Of a stretch of 20,000 bases of DNA, positions 1-8,902 are shown one piece after another. The number at the start of each line of letters is the position of its first letter. Position 1 is the stretch's first letter. The notes under the pieces are model-generated. The model worked only from the letters and a program-made list of their open reading frames with translations. It had not been told where the DNA came from and made no database searches. Location of the stretch: the IMG/VR virus record IMGVR_UViG_3300027887_000010. One strand, written 5' to 3'. Both the position numbers and the translations under genes were made by a program. This DNA is from an uncultured virus (IMG/VR IMGVR_UViG_3300027887_000010). Taxonomy: Duplodnaviria; Heunggongvirae; Uroviricota; Caudoviricetes.

Positions 1-469
1 GGGCTGGAACTTCTTCGTGTTGCCAAAACATAATTTGACCGATAAAATCATATCGATTAAGTTCAACTGTATGGAAACGACTCACATTATGAATTTCTAA
101 TGTAAGCGATGAACCATAAAATCCTGGATCAATATGTACAGCAAGTAGATGTCCTAGTGCAGAACGTGCAGATGTAGATTTTAAATGAAACGTTGCGCTA
201 AGATCATCAGGCATGTTGAACATTTCTTCAGTATGTGCAAGAATAAATTCACCTGGAGCTAGATCAAAACCATTATCAGTAATATCCAACGATTCCATTT
301 TCATAGCATCGCGATTATGTAGAACAATTTTGTGATCACCAGGCTTTTCAACCATCACAAGACGACCAAGCCTTACGTCAATAGAAGAACCTTGTACTTG
401 ATCAAAACTTTTGAGATTGTATAAAACACCATTCTCATATAATTTCATGAGCTGATTATAACTAAGCAT
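1..469 (-). CDS. dcd: dCTP deaminase (3' end outside window)
   Basis: Not in ORF track (no stop in window). Manual translation from ATG at 469 (RBS GGGAG): MLSYNQLMKLYENG...QGSSIDVRLG...LAPGEFILAHTEE...KSTSARSALGHLLAVHIDPGFYGSSLTLEIHN...FIGQIMF; carries the S-x-D-x-R-L-G, (K/R)S-x-x-AR, IDPG and LE motifs of the Dcd family. Confidence 0.9.
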   Translation of the reverse strand, partial: MLSYNQLMKLYENGVLYNLKSFDQVQGSSIDVRLGRLVMVEKPGDHKIVLHNRDAMKMESLDITDNGFDLAPGEFILAHTEEMFNMPDDLSATFHLKSTSARSALGHLLAVHIDPGFYGSSLTLEIHNVSRFHTVELNRYDFIGQIMFWQHEEVPA

Positions 470-484
470 ACATGCTCCCGATTT

Positions 485-515
485 AAAAAAAAAGGATGCC
501 CGAGGACATCCTTTT
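485..515 (-). terminator. Rho-independent terminator between SSB-like gene and dcd
   Basis: Minus strand AAAAGGATGTC-CTCG-GGCATCC-TTTTTTTTT: stem, tetraloop and T9, 16 nt after the stop at 531. Confidence 0.85.
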
Positions 516-530
516 CCCATAGCTTTCCAG

Positions 531-1322
531 TTAAGACTGCGGAGGTTGAACCATCCACGGAGGAGTAGCACCTTGAGCAGCCGGAACAGCAGGATTAGCC
601 ACAGGTTGTTGTGGCGCCTGTTGAACTGGTTGTGCAGCCGGATTCCAAGCAGGAGGAGCCGGTGGAGCATATTGGGGCGCTTGAGCTTGTTGAATAGGAG
701 GTGCCGCCATCTGTTGCGCTGGCGCCGAAGCTTGTTGCGGTGCTTGCCAAGGTTGCGGTGCTTGCGGCTGCTGCCAAGCTTGCTGCGGTGCTTGCTGCGG
801 TGCTTGCGGAGCATACATGGGAGGAGCAACGGGCTGAGTCGGAACAGAAAAAGCTGGAGGTGCTGCAAATCCACCAGCAGCAGGCGGGAATCCACCAACA
901 TTAGCCAACGCAACTTTTTCGTTGATGTTTTTGAAAGCTGTAATTTCGTTATTAGCTTCATATTCACCGTCCGCCTTGCGAAGCTTAAGTTTCACCTTTA
1001 GCGGAAGGTTATGAAGTTGAGCACTATCTGCAACTTGCAAAACGCCAACAGCATGACAAATTGCCGACAATTGCTTGTATGCAATTTCCTGAGCTGTAGC
1101 ATTTTGGTTACGCAGATTCAGACGCGCATACACCTTTTTACCAGCGTGATCAGGTGGAGCAATAACGTTGAACTTTGTTTCCAGATAAGCACCAGTACCG
1201 TCTTTTGTAGGCTTCATTTCTGAAGCTTCCATCATTACATCGTACCAACCGGCAGGCAATGCATCTTGGGATCCCGTATCAGGGGCGATGTTTGTTGCGT
1301 CAAAATTAAGAATTGCGGACAT
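531..1322 (-). CDS. DUF669-type single-stranded DNA-binding protein with P/Q/A-rich C-terminal tail
   Basis: N-terminal LPAGWY...KPTKDGTGAYL...RLNLRNQN..AQEIA..QLSAIC..VG pattern of phage DUF669 proteins; low-complexity tail ending PPW; adjacent to Sak4-like ATPase; RBS AGGAG. Confidence 0.75.
   Translation of the reverse strand: MSAILNFDATNIAPDTGSQDALPAGWYDVMMEASEMKPTKDGTGAYLETKFNVIAPPDHAGKKVYARLNLRNQNATAQEIAYKQLSAICHAVGVLQVADSAQLHNLPLKVKLKLRKADGEYEANNEITAFKNINEKVALANVGGFPPAAGGFAAPPAFSVPTQPVAPPMYAPQAPQQAPQQAWQQPQAPQPWQAPQQASAPAQQMAAPPIQQAQAPQYAPPAPPAWNPAAQPVQQAPQQPVANPAVPAAQGATPPWMVQPPQS
729..810. repeat. Imperfect coding tandem repeat (GCTTGCTGCGGT-like units) encoding PQQA/PQA/WQ
   Basis: gcttgttgcggtgcttgcc...gcttgctgcggtgcttgctgcggtgcttgcgg in the SSB tail. 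Confidence 0.7.
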
Positions 1323-1369
1323 GCATTTCTCCTAGCTAGGAAGACTGCGACCTTTAAATGAGGGGTCAC

Positions 1370-2200
1370 TTACCTCTTAAAAACATCAACACCGGACGAA
1401 TTATAGATTGCATTCGCCATATGATTCCAACCATCTTGCTGCGGTATTGGTATTTCGCCAATTATACCATAGCGGTTTCCTGCTACATACGAAGGAGTTC
1501 TAGATAGACCAAGGACACGTCCTTTATTGGAGGACACCCCTTTTGAAACTTTGTCTTCCCCTTTAGAGATATACATTGGTTCATAAAGGAAACCTAGAAG
1601 ATCAACCCATTGTGTTAGCATCTCCCTTTTTCCGTATGTCTTATTATTTTTGGGCGAATGTAACAAAATATCCCAAGAATCGTATTCCCCAGATTGCGGA
1701 TCAACTAACTTTGCAGAGAAAGCGTGACATGTCAATACAATGTTAATATTTCCATGTACAGCCAATTGATCGCATTGTTTTAGAAAAATGTCGAATAATT
1801 CATTGGCATAAGTGTATGCCTTGCCATATCCCCCCAAAGCACTTTCCATTGTAACAGCTTTTGCATTACCCTTTCCATAAGAAGCATCACGAGAAAGAGT
1901 TTTGTCGTGGATCATTCGTTCAAGAGCTGTAGCACTATCGTAAATAATAGTTTTGTATCCAAATTTTGCATGTTGAGCAGACGTAAAAATTTCGGATTGC
2001 AACGCCTGTAATTCATCCCAACTTTGAATCATTGGTGTTTTAGCTCCAGTGACACTTTCATAACCAACTTCCAAAGGAACGAGTAACGCTCCGGGCGCTC
2101 CACATGCAAGAGTTGTCTTGCCCATTTTTTCTTGAGCGCATAATGCAATACGGATTCCTTGAGGTTTGCGTCCGACATGCACTTGATCGAGGTAACTCAT
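1370..2200 (-). CDS. AAA_24 family ATPase, Sak4-like single-strand annealing protein
   Basis: Walker A AQEKMGKTT, Walker B TIIYDS, GGYGKAY, IVLTCH and C-terminal AGNRYG motifs; directly upstream of SSB-like gene. Confidence 0.8.
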   Translation of the reverse strand: MSYLDQVHVGRKPQGIRIALCAQEKMGKTTLACGAPGALLVPLEVGYESVTGAKTPMIQSWDELQALQSEIFTSAQHAKFGYKTIIYDSATALERMIHDKTLSRDASYGKGNAKAVTMESALGGYGKAYTYANELFDIFLKQCDQLAVHGNINIVLTCHAFSAKLVDPQSGEYDSWDILLHSPKNNKTYGKREMLTQWVDLLGFLYEPMYISKGEDKVSKGVSSNKGRVLGLSRTPSYVAGNRYGIIGEIPIPQQDGWNHMANAIYNSSGVDVFKR

Positions 2201-2268
2201 AACTAACCTTTCATATTAAAACCTCACTTACAATTAAGACTCGGTAGAGGTCTCTTTACCGTAGAGCT

Positions 2269-2279
2269 ATTATAACACA
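2269..2279 (-). promoter_or_regulatory. Extended -10 promoter upstream of ATPase/SSB
   Basis: Minus strand TGTGtTATAAT (TRTGn + perfect -10) in the ligase-ATPase gap; no clear -35. Confidence 0.55.
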
Positions 2280-2284
2280 ATACG

Positions 2285-3229
2285 TTAAAGATCGCTTTCG
2301 ATTCTAAACGTCTGGAATGTAGGAAAGCGTGGTTTATCTTTGATGCCTTTTGGGAAAAATTTGTATTTAATCACTTTACCAATAATTTCTCCTTGATTAT
2401 TAAAATATCGCTTACGATTATTGTGATCCATGTTACCTGGCGAAACTTTAATTTCTTGACCTTCTTCAATTAACAAACGTCCGCTATGAGCATCTTTGAC
2501 ATCCTGAAGTGCTTTACAAATAAGAGAACCAACCATTCCATCAGGAATTTTGTTTTCTTTATGTGAGCTACGGAACGTTTTACCAAGTTCATTAATTTGA
2601 GCTTCATTAAGGTTTGTTTCACCTTCTTCAACTGACATCACCAAAGCTTCCGATTCTACAAATCGTTTAATGCGAAGTAAGCCCATTTCACGAACAGTAG
2701 AACGTCCTTGTTTATGTAATCCATCTAGTTTTCGAATACAAGTACCCTCATAACCCATCTCAAGCCACTTATCGTCTTGCTCCAGCAATTCTTCAAGCGA
2801 ATTACAGATAACCATTGGAATAAGACGGAGGTGTTGCCAAGCTAGATTATTAGTGTGGTAAAGCTCTCTAATTTTTTCAATAAGACAGTTATAACGATCT
2901 TGATACCCTAATGAAATTGTTTGAGGCGTAATATAATCAAATAGCCACCAAAGAGTATAAGGCTCACCTTCAATAGTCCCAAGAGCACTTGAAGTAAGAC
3001 GACATAAATCTGGATGCGTTTCTGAATTAGCAGCAAGTTCCCCATCTAAACCAATAAGACTAGAATGGCTATAAAATGATGTGGTGTATTTATTCTTATG
3101 CGTTTTAAGACTACGACCAGTCAATTTCCCTAACATATTCAAACCACGAACACCGTCAATTTTTGGTTGTGCTCCGAGTGGAAATGCAAGTTTATCTTCA
3201 ACATAATCCTCTGCAAGCATTGGACGCAT
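2285..3229 (-). CDS. ATP-dependent DNA ligase
   Basis: PMLA start, motif I KIDGVR, LDGEL, LFD, motif IV GYEG, motif V LLRIK, C-terminal KPRFPTF. Confidence 0.93.
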   Translation of the reverse strand: MRPMLAEDYVEDKLAFPLGAQPKIDGVRGLNMLGKLTGRSLKTHKNKYTTSFYSHSSLIGLDGELAANSETHPDLCRLTSSALGTIEGEPYTLWWLFDYITPQTISLGYQDRYNCLIEKIRELYHTNNLAWQHLRLIPMVICNSLEELLEQDDKWLEMGYEGTCIRKLDGLHKQGRSTVREMGLLRIKRFVESEALVMSVEEGETNLNEAQINELGKTFRSSHKENKIPDGMVGSLICKALQDVKDAHSGRLLIEEGQEIKVSPGNMDHNNRKRYFNNQGEIIGKVIKYKFFPKGIKDKPRFPTFQTFRIESDL

Positions 3230-3230
3230 A

Positions 3231-3755
3231 TTAAATACCCTTCCATTCGTTCATTGTTTTAGACCCTTTAGATAAATTACAATACGGACACAAAAGCTGA
3301 ACGTTACTATCTATATTTTCACTGCCGCGTGACAATGGATAAATATGATCAATATGCGCGTCTGATTCAAGATTTTTGTTGCATCCGTTACAAATACCAT
3401 TTTGTAAATCAAAAAGTTTTTTCCAAATATCTTTTGATAAAGAACCATAGCTATATTTTCGGCGCTCATGCGCTTTAATTTTTTGATATGTAAGTTTAAG
3501 CTTCCATTTTTCAGGTGTATGGTTTTCTTTCAAATGCCTAGAATTAAAATCATTTAAGTCTCTTGACTTTTTATCTCTTGCTTTTGCTTCTTTCGGATTA
3601 CGAAATCGCCACAGTTCTTCTTTTAACGCATGACATTGCAAGCAACCTCTATTACTTACAAGTCGTTCGGATATATGACCTTGCCAGCAAGCTTTTCCAG
3701 TAAAGTATCTAGCAAGACCTTTCAGTATTGCATCTTTTCTGGAAATTAAATTCAA
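3231..3755 (-). CDS. HNH endonuclease (probable free-standing homing endonuclease)
   Basis: C-terminal CNGC...HIDHIYPLSRG..N..SNVQLLCPYCNLSKG; N-terminal RYFTGKAC..GH..ER.....C..C Zn-binding module common in phage HNH genes. Confidence 0.88.
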   Translation of the reverse strand: MNLISRKDAILKGLARYFTGKACWQGHISERLVSNRGCLQCHALKEELWRFRNPKEAKARDKKSRDLNDFNSRHLKENHTPEKWKLKLTYQKIKAHERRKYSYGSLSKDIWKKLFDLQNGICNGCNKNLESDAHIDHIYPLSRGSENIDSNVQLLCPYCNLSKGSKTMNEWKGI

Positions 3756-4015
3756 AATGAAATCTCCAATTTAGTTCCACACTTGGGGCAATTAGAAATG
3801 ACCACATTATCCTCATTACCATCACGGTGGCAAGGACACATGCAATTATTGTCGCCGATGTAATCTACGCCACTTTTATTACCGCGGAACCGATTAAACA
3901 ACATTAGCAGAGAACCTGAAAGGTTTGGAAACTCATTAGAAATATGGTTAATGAGTTCTTCGTTACTAAGGTTAAGTGCAGGGATTGGAAATGATTCAAC
4001 TGGAATAAGTGGCAT
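3752..4015 (-). CDS. Hypothetical protein with C-terminal Cys cluster (CPCH...CPKCG)
   Basis: ORF tightly packed between thyA and HNH (ATGA overlap). Confidence 0.7.
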   Translation of the reverse strand: MPLIPVESFPIPALNLSNEELINHISNEFPNLSGSLLMLFNRFRGNKSGVDYIGDNNCMCPCHRDGNEDNVVISNCPKCGTKLEISF

Positions 4016-4016
4016 T

Positions 4017-4889
4017 TTATACCGCCATTTCTGCTTTAATTGGAAGGTGCGAAACGTAATTATCCAAAGATATGTCTTCCGGTTTGCAAAAAATTAATCT
4101 TTTCATTGGGTCGCTAGAACGGTAGAAAAATTCTTCTTCAATACGAAGTTGACAAAGCGGAAGCGTTCTACGCTTCAACTGCTCTAATACTTGCTCAACA
4201 TGATTCTGATAAATATGAACGTCAGCTAGAAACATAATAAGCTTTCCAGCCCTCTTACCAGTTGCAGCCGCAATAAGTTCTAGCAGCAAAGCGTACGACG
4301 CAATGTTGAACGGAATACCCAAGAACATATCGCAACTTCTTTGATACATACAGAGAGATACTTCGTTAGCATCTACATCTACAAGTAGCTGAAATGTCAT
4401 GTGGCAAGGAGGTAGAGCCATGAAGGAAAGTTCGCCTGGGTTCCAAGCTGTAACAATAATTCGGCGACTCTCGGGATTATGATCTATCGTACTAATAGCA
4501 TTAGCTAGTTGATCAATAGGGTAGCTATAACCCATTTCACCAAATGGTCGCCATTTACGCCACTGTACCCCGTAAATTCGTCCTAGATCATCTTCACCTT
4601 TACGTGCAATATTATGAACCCATGCTTTATTTTCATTTGCATTCTGATCCCAGATAGAACATCCTAGATCACGAAATTGTGAAGCGTTATCATAACCTCT
4701 AATAAATCCAAGAAGTTCTGCTTTAACTGCATTAAATGCAAGCTTCTTAGTTGTCACTGCTGGAAAACCTTCTTTAAGGTCAAATTCAAGCATAGCTCCA
4801 GTTAAACGCTTTGTTGGAATACCTGTCCTATTCTGTTGCCAGGTTCCCTCATTTAAAACTCGTTCAAGAAGGTTAAGATACTGTTTCAT
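4017..4889 (-). CDS. thyA: Thymidylate synthase
   Basis: Start re-set to MKQYL (ATG 4889, RBS GAGG); NRTG, FPAVTTKK, LGRIYGVQWR, SRRIIVTAWNP, MALPPCH, YQRSCDMFLGIPFNIASY, DVHIYQNH, MAV end. Confidence 0.96.
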   Translation of the reverse strand: MKQYLNLLERVLNEGTWQQNRTGIPTKRLTGAMLEFDLKEGFPAVTTKKLAFNAVKAELLGFIRGYDNASQFRDLGCSIWDQNANENKAWVHNIARKGEDDLGRIYGVQWRKWRPFGEMGYSYPIDQLANAISTIDHNPESRRIIVTAWNPGELSFMALPPCHMTFQLLVDVDANEVSLCMYQRSCDMFLGIPFNIASYALLLELIAAATGKRAGKLIMFLADVHIYQNHVEQVLEQLKRRTLPLCQLRIEEEFFYRSSDPMKRLIFCKPEDISLDNYVSHLPIKAEMAV

Positions 4890-4893
4890 ATTA

Positions 4894-5361
4894 TTAAACC
4901 TCAGGAACAGGCGTTTGATCTTTTTTAGCAGAAGCAGGAAGAACAATTTCCAGAGCAGGTGATCCATCTTTGATAATCAAGCACTCATCGAAAATTTTAA
5001 CTTGTTCTTCGCTTAGAAGGCGATATGCTTTTAGGATAAGTTCAGGTTTCCAGCGAATAAGTTGCTGAGGATGAATGCCGTTGGCAGTCAAACGACTCAT
5101 ATGTGTATTTGGATCTTCCATGACATTAGCTTGCAACGAAGCTTCGTCGATATCGCGATTAATAACCCGCTTGGCTTTAATAACCCATCCCCCATCAAGA
5201 GGAAGTGTATTTGTACCTTCTACAGGATTTTTAAACAACCCCTTAAAGATTTTTCCACGCAAAAGAATTTCAGCAGCTTTAATGCGACGAAGTTGATCTT
5301 GTAGCCCATACCACTCTTCAAGATCTTTTTGCGTAACAGTATTTTCAGGGATAGCTGTCAT
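4894..5361 (-). CDS. Hypothetical phage protein (N-terminal coiled coil)
   Basis: Start re-set to MTAIPE (ATG 5361, RBS GGAG), 1 nt after dUTPase stop; fills the gap between dut and thyA. Confidence 0.75.
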   Translation of the reverse strand: MTAIPENTVTQKDLEEWYGLQDQLRRIKAAEILLRGKIFKGLFKNPVEGTNTLPLDGGWVIKAKRVINRDIDEASLQANVMEDPNTHMSRLTANGIHPQQLIRWKPELILKAYRLLSEEQVKIFDECLIIKDGSPALEIVLPASAKKDQTPVPEV

Positions 5362-5362
5362 T

Positions 5363-5848
5363 TCAATTCTCCATTTTTCCAAAAAATCTACGGTCTGTAC
5401 TTCCAAAACCATTAGCCCCACGGCTAGTTTCACTTAGTTCAATGCTTTGGTCAAGTATTAGTTGAATTGATAATTTTGGAGCTGGTACAAGCAAGCCTTG
5501 TACAATTGCATCACCTTCTGAAACTGAAAAATGACCGCAAGAATCCGCAGTTAGTTTTACTTTGATTTCACCACGATAGTCAGAATCAATGACACCGACA
5601 CAATTTGCTAGCCTAGTATCATATTTAAAACCATGACCACTTCTGCTAAATAGTAACAATACCCAATCTTCAGGAACTTCTGGAATTAATCCTGTTCTAA
5701 AAATGTGACTTTGTTTTGTAAGACCAATCGATCCGTGTTCGATTGCAAAAATATCAAAACAACCAGACCCATTTGTAGCATATCTTGGTGAATTTAGCTT
5801 TTTAGGATCTACGTCTGCACAAGCTTTAAAGCGAAGTATTTTGTTCAT
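5363..5848 (-). CDS. dut: Trimeric dUTPase
   Basis: Five motifs: SGCFDI, RSG, GVIDSDYRGEI, GDAIVQ, RGANGFGST. Confidence 0.95.
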   Translation of the reverse strand: MNKILRFKACADVDPKKLNSPRYATNGSGCFDIFAIEHGSIGLTKQSHIFRTGLIPEVPEDWVLLLFSRSGHGFKYDTRLANCVGVIDSDYRGEIKVKLTADSCGHFSVSEGDAIVQGLLVPAPKLSIQLILDQSIELSETSRGANGFGSTDRRFFGKMEN

Positions 5849-5875
5849 CTTGTACTATCCTTATTTGTATGAAGT

Positions 5876-5903
5876 ATTGTACTGTAACTGTAAAAAATTG
5901 CAA
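5876..5903 (-). promoter_or_regulatory. sigma70-like promoter for dut-thyA-ligase operon
   Basis: TTGCAA-16 nt-TACAAT upstream of RBS AAGGA and dut start. Confidence 0.55.
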
Positions 5904-5905
5904 GT

Positions 5906-8227
5906 CTATTGCAAGACTGAAATGTTAATCACCTGATAACATTTTCCATGAAATGCATATTTTGTCAAAAGCTTATCTTTTGGAACTTCTACTAAATATC
6001 CACCATCAACTAAGCTCTTCAATGTATGGTCGATTGCCATGCTAGATCCAAACCTGTGGTTAGAAAATGCAGGATGCTTACCTAATTTGACAGTAAATAC
6101 TTTTCTTGGAACAATTGCATCAACTGTCATAATTCTGGATACATTGAACATAGGCGCAAAACCGTTTGTCAATACTTCTTTGCAGATAGATAATACTTTC
6201 TTTTCTCTACTATTGTCATCAATACCAATATCACCTTCTATTATTTTTTTACTCATCATTTTAATGTCACGATGAATAATATCAATTGCCCAAGTTACAT
6301 GGTGTGTTTGTATAACTGGATGTAAAAAATTATCAGCTACTGCCAATAGAGCAGAAATTCTTGTGACCTTTAACGCAGCTCGGTTCCACATCTGACGAAA
6401 ACCTTCGTCTTCTGTAGAATTAATATTTCTATCACATTCCAAATCAAAGTTATAAAGAATTTGCCCAGCTTCTTGAGAACGAGCAACTTCTTGCCTTGCA
6501 TTTCTATGCAACAAAGTAAGAGCATGATGTGCTAGTTGTGCTAATCCATCTGCAAGAGCTTGATCGGGTTCTTTTAGTGCATTGTAATTATGAGGAGGTC
6601 TATCCCCTTTATATTCGACAATTGTAAAACGTGATAAGAACCCATCTTCCATCATGGATTCTGTTAGTGATTCATATAATGTATTTGGAGTTGTTTCTCC
6701 AATCATACTATATGATACACCAGAAACTGATTGTATATTTTGCTCTTTATTAGAATAGGTAATACCTCCAACAATAGAAGCTGGACCGGATTTTTGATAA
6801 AGGTTAGTCATCACTGTCCGCAATTGCTGCATCGGACCTTCGTTTCTATCTTCTTTAGCCAACCGACGAAGCTTTCGACCCCATTCACCGGCAACATTAA
6901 CAAAGCAAGGATTGTTTGCAACAGCTTTGGTCAGAGCAGGTCCAGATGCAAAATCAGTAAAATCTACAAAGTTCATTGCTTGTGGTATTCTAGAACGCAA
7001 CGACTCCATAAGACTGGCAATACCACTATGCATTGCTTCTTTTCCAATTGCAGACCTAGCAACAAGAATAATATATAAGTTCAGACCAGATCCAGGAATA
7101 CTAAAAGGCTTACCACATATTCCGGATAACAAACCTATTGCAGCAACAATCGCAACTTCTTTTACAGGTCGCGGAGCTGATTTATATATGTAGCTTGCAA
7201 TCTGTCCTGCAAAGCCTGGAGGCCATGCAATACCATTACCCTCTACTTGTGGTAAAGGGGCCATTGTTGCAACTTTCACAGACGTCGGTTGTTCAATTAC
7301 TTCTTTTGACTCAGCTTGCATTTGTCTTACAAGCTCTTGCCCAAGATTTTGCGAACTTTCTAATTCAAGGTCTTCCCTAGCTTGTCTAGAACGAATTCGA
7401 CTGAGTGTATAGTTCAAATATCGATCATTTTTAACCGCTTTGTCACGCTGCCCCAATGCAGATTTTCTAAACAAGCGACGACATTGTTCGTTAGATTTGC
7501 TGTAAAAGCAAAACATAGACATTAGTGACAAATCTGCTTCTGATTGGGATGGATATCCCAAATCTTGCCACCTACCTTCTACTAGCGGTATAAACTTATC
7601 ATTATTAGCAGCAGTAGAAGCCCTCTCCCATACAGTTTCGTCTGATTCAGTTTCTTCTGTTTCTACAAGTAACTCGGTATTATTGGATTCATGAGCAGAC
7701 ATTTCTGCAACAAGAATTTCCAAAAGCTTTTGGTTCTCTCTAATTTCTTTATTTATAACAACGTCACCAGTACATATGATAAAACGTTGCTTTGAATAAA
7801 CTTCTACACCATCCCGACGATAACCTTTTCCAATGTTGCCACGAACCCAAATATGAAGTCCCTTGCCGGAACGAGAGCGTTCAGTATAGCTGTCAAAAGC
7901 TTGGACAATTGCCCAAAACCTGTTAAATTGTTCTTGACTCGTCCATTTAGTTGGATCTTGTTCGTTATCCTTGTCTTTAACGTCTAGATCTATGCAGGTA
8001 TAAGAATCGTTTTCAGCCAATACATAACCAATCCCTCCATTAACTTGTTGAGCAACTTCTAATGCAGTTTCAAAATCTAACCATTGTTTTGGATTAGTTA
8101 CATCTGCATTAAAAAGGCCGTTTTGACCTACCGAATAAGGCGCCTTATCGGGCCCGGCAATGCACCATTGCGTGACCCATTTAAGTTCTTCAGGTAGGTT
8201 CTCAAGGAAACCTACCTTATCTAACAT
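5906..8227 (-). CDS. Primase-polymerase (AEP, NrS-1-like) fused to helical domain and DUF3987-like P-loop/helicase domain
   Basis: CIDLD, ERSRSGKGLHIW, VEVY...RF; SQSEADLSLM...RLFRKSAL...YLNYT helical domain; LNLYIILVARSAIGKE and DGFLSRF in C-terminal half. Confidence 0.85.
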   Translation of the reverse strand: MLDKVGFLENLPEELKWVTQWCIAGPDKAPYSVGQNGLFNADVTNPKQWLDFETALEVAQQVNGGIGYVLAENDSYTCIDLDVKDKDNEQDPTKWTSQEQFNRFWAIVQAFDSYTERSRSGKGLHIWVRGNIGKGYRRDGVEVYSKQRFIICTGDVVINKEIRENQKLLEILVAEMSAHESNNTELLVETEETESDETVWERASTAANNDKFIPLVEGRWQDLGYPSQSEADLSLMSMFCFYSKSNEQCRRLFRKSALGQRDKAVKNDRYLNYTLSRIRSRQAREDLELESSQNLGQELVRQMQAESKEVIEQPTSVKVATMAPLPQVEGNGIAWPPGFAGQIASYIYKSAPRPVKEVAIVAAIGLLSGICGKPFSIPGSGLNLYIILVARSAIGKEAMHSGIASLMESLRSRIPQAMNFVDFTDFASGPALTKAVANNPCFVNVAGEWGRKLRRLAKEDRNEGPMQQLRTVMTNLYQKSGPASIVGGITYSNKEQNIQSVSGVSYSMIGETTPNTLYESLTESMMEDGFLSRFTIVEYKGDRPPHNYNALKEPDQALADGLAQLAHHALTLLHRNARQEVARSQEAGQILYNFDLECDRNINSTEDEGFRQMWNRAALKVTRISALLAVADNFLHPVIQTHHVTWAIDIIHRDIKMMSKKIIEGDIGIDDNSREKKVLSICKEVLTNGFAPMFNVSRIMTVDAIVPRKVFTVKLGKHPAFSNHRFGSSMAIDHTLKSLVDGGYLVEVPKDKLLTKYAFHGKCYQVINISVLQ

Positions 8228-8456
8228 GCGTAATAGCTCTCTTTACTTGAAGAATTGTTTTCCAAGCTTCGACGTATGGTAAAACTTTATCACGTTCAAA
8301 TACTGTCATCTGACCGCCATTGATTTTAATTGGATTCGGTAAAAGACCACGACTTACCGCATTGCATAGAGCAGCTCTTGTAATATCAAGTTCTTTCACA
8401 ATTTCTGTACTTGTGACATACTCTCTATCAAATTTTTCTTGTGCTGAATTATCCAT
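8217..8456 (-). CDS. AlpA/excisionase-like helix-turn-helix protein
   Basis: Start re-set to MDNSAQ (ATG 8456, RBS GAGG); TSTEIVKELDITRAALCNAVSRGLLPNPIKI matches AlpA/Xis pattern. Confidence 0.7.
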   Translation of the reverse strand: MDNSAQEKFDREYVTSTEIVKELDITRAALCNAVSRGLLPNPIKINGGQMTVFERDKVLPYVEAWKTILQVKRAITHVR

Positions 8457-8482
8457 ATTTACCTCGTACCTGTAAGCAATGC

Positions 8483-8512
8483 AGTATATATTTATCCGGT
8501 AAGTTATCGCAA
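8483..8512 (-). promoter_or_regulatory. Possible sigma70 promoter for HTH-primase
   Basis: TTGCGA-18 nt-TATACT upstream of HTH gene. Confidence 0.4.
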
Positions 8513-8518
8513 CAACTG

Positions 8519-8830
8519 TTAAGCTTCGTTTAAATTGAATCTCCAAAGATTTACAAGACGTCCAGTTCTGTTATCTTTAAAAGAAGATATAATATCCCAA
8601 CCGGATTTTATTAAAATTTTAGTTTGACCTATATTATCCGATTGAACTGTACAAAGCGCCATTGTAAAGTGCATCAACTTAAGTTGCTGGCATTGATGTT
8701 CTTTTAATTTATAACCACGACCTTGACTTCTACAATCGGGCAATACGGTAAAGTCGCTGCAAATTGCAATATTAGGCTGTGAAGGCATTGGCGTTATTGT
8801 ATAAAAACCGTCTGTAGTTGATATTCGCAT
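8519..8830 (-). CDS. Minimal GNAT-family acetyltransferase
   Basis: FTVLPDCRSQGRG (motif A) and TVQSDNIGQTKILIKSGW (motif B). Confidence 0.72.
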   Translation of the reverse strand: MRISTTDGFYTITPMPSQPNIAICSDFTVLPDCRSQGRGYKLKEHQCQQLKLMHFTMALCTVQSDNIGQTKILIKSGWDIISSFKDNRTGRLVNLWRFNLNEA

Positions 8831-8902
8831 TGTTATCCTAACGTATGTCCCGGATTCATGTGGTTATGAAAACAATTCATACAATGATTCGTTTTAGCAT
8901 TT

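Noticed and set aside
546..1001. Plus-strand ORFs 546..1001 and 701..904 and minus ORF 595..777
   Set aside because: Shadows of the repetitive P/Q/A tail of the SSB gene; no RBS, low-complexity products
4017..4889. ThyA-like gene as dCMP/dUMP hydroxymethylase for DNA hypermodification
   Set aside because: Canonical ThyA motifs including the specificity Asn and C-terminal MAV; no modification genes in the window
8217..8456. AlpA/Xis-like gene as proof of a prophage or satellite
   Set aside because: No integrase, att site or host genes in the window
8470..8484. CTGTAAGCAATGCAG as an SOS box
   Set aside because: Spacing is CTG-N9-CAG, one base short
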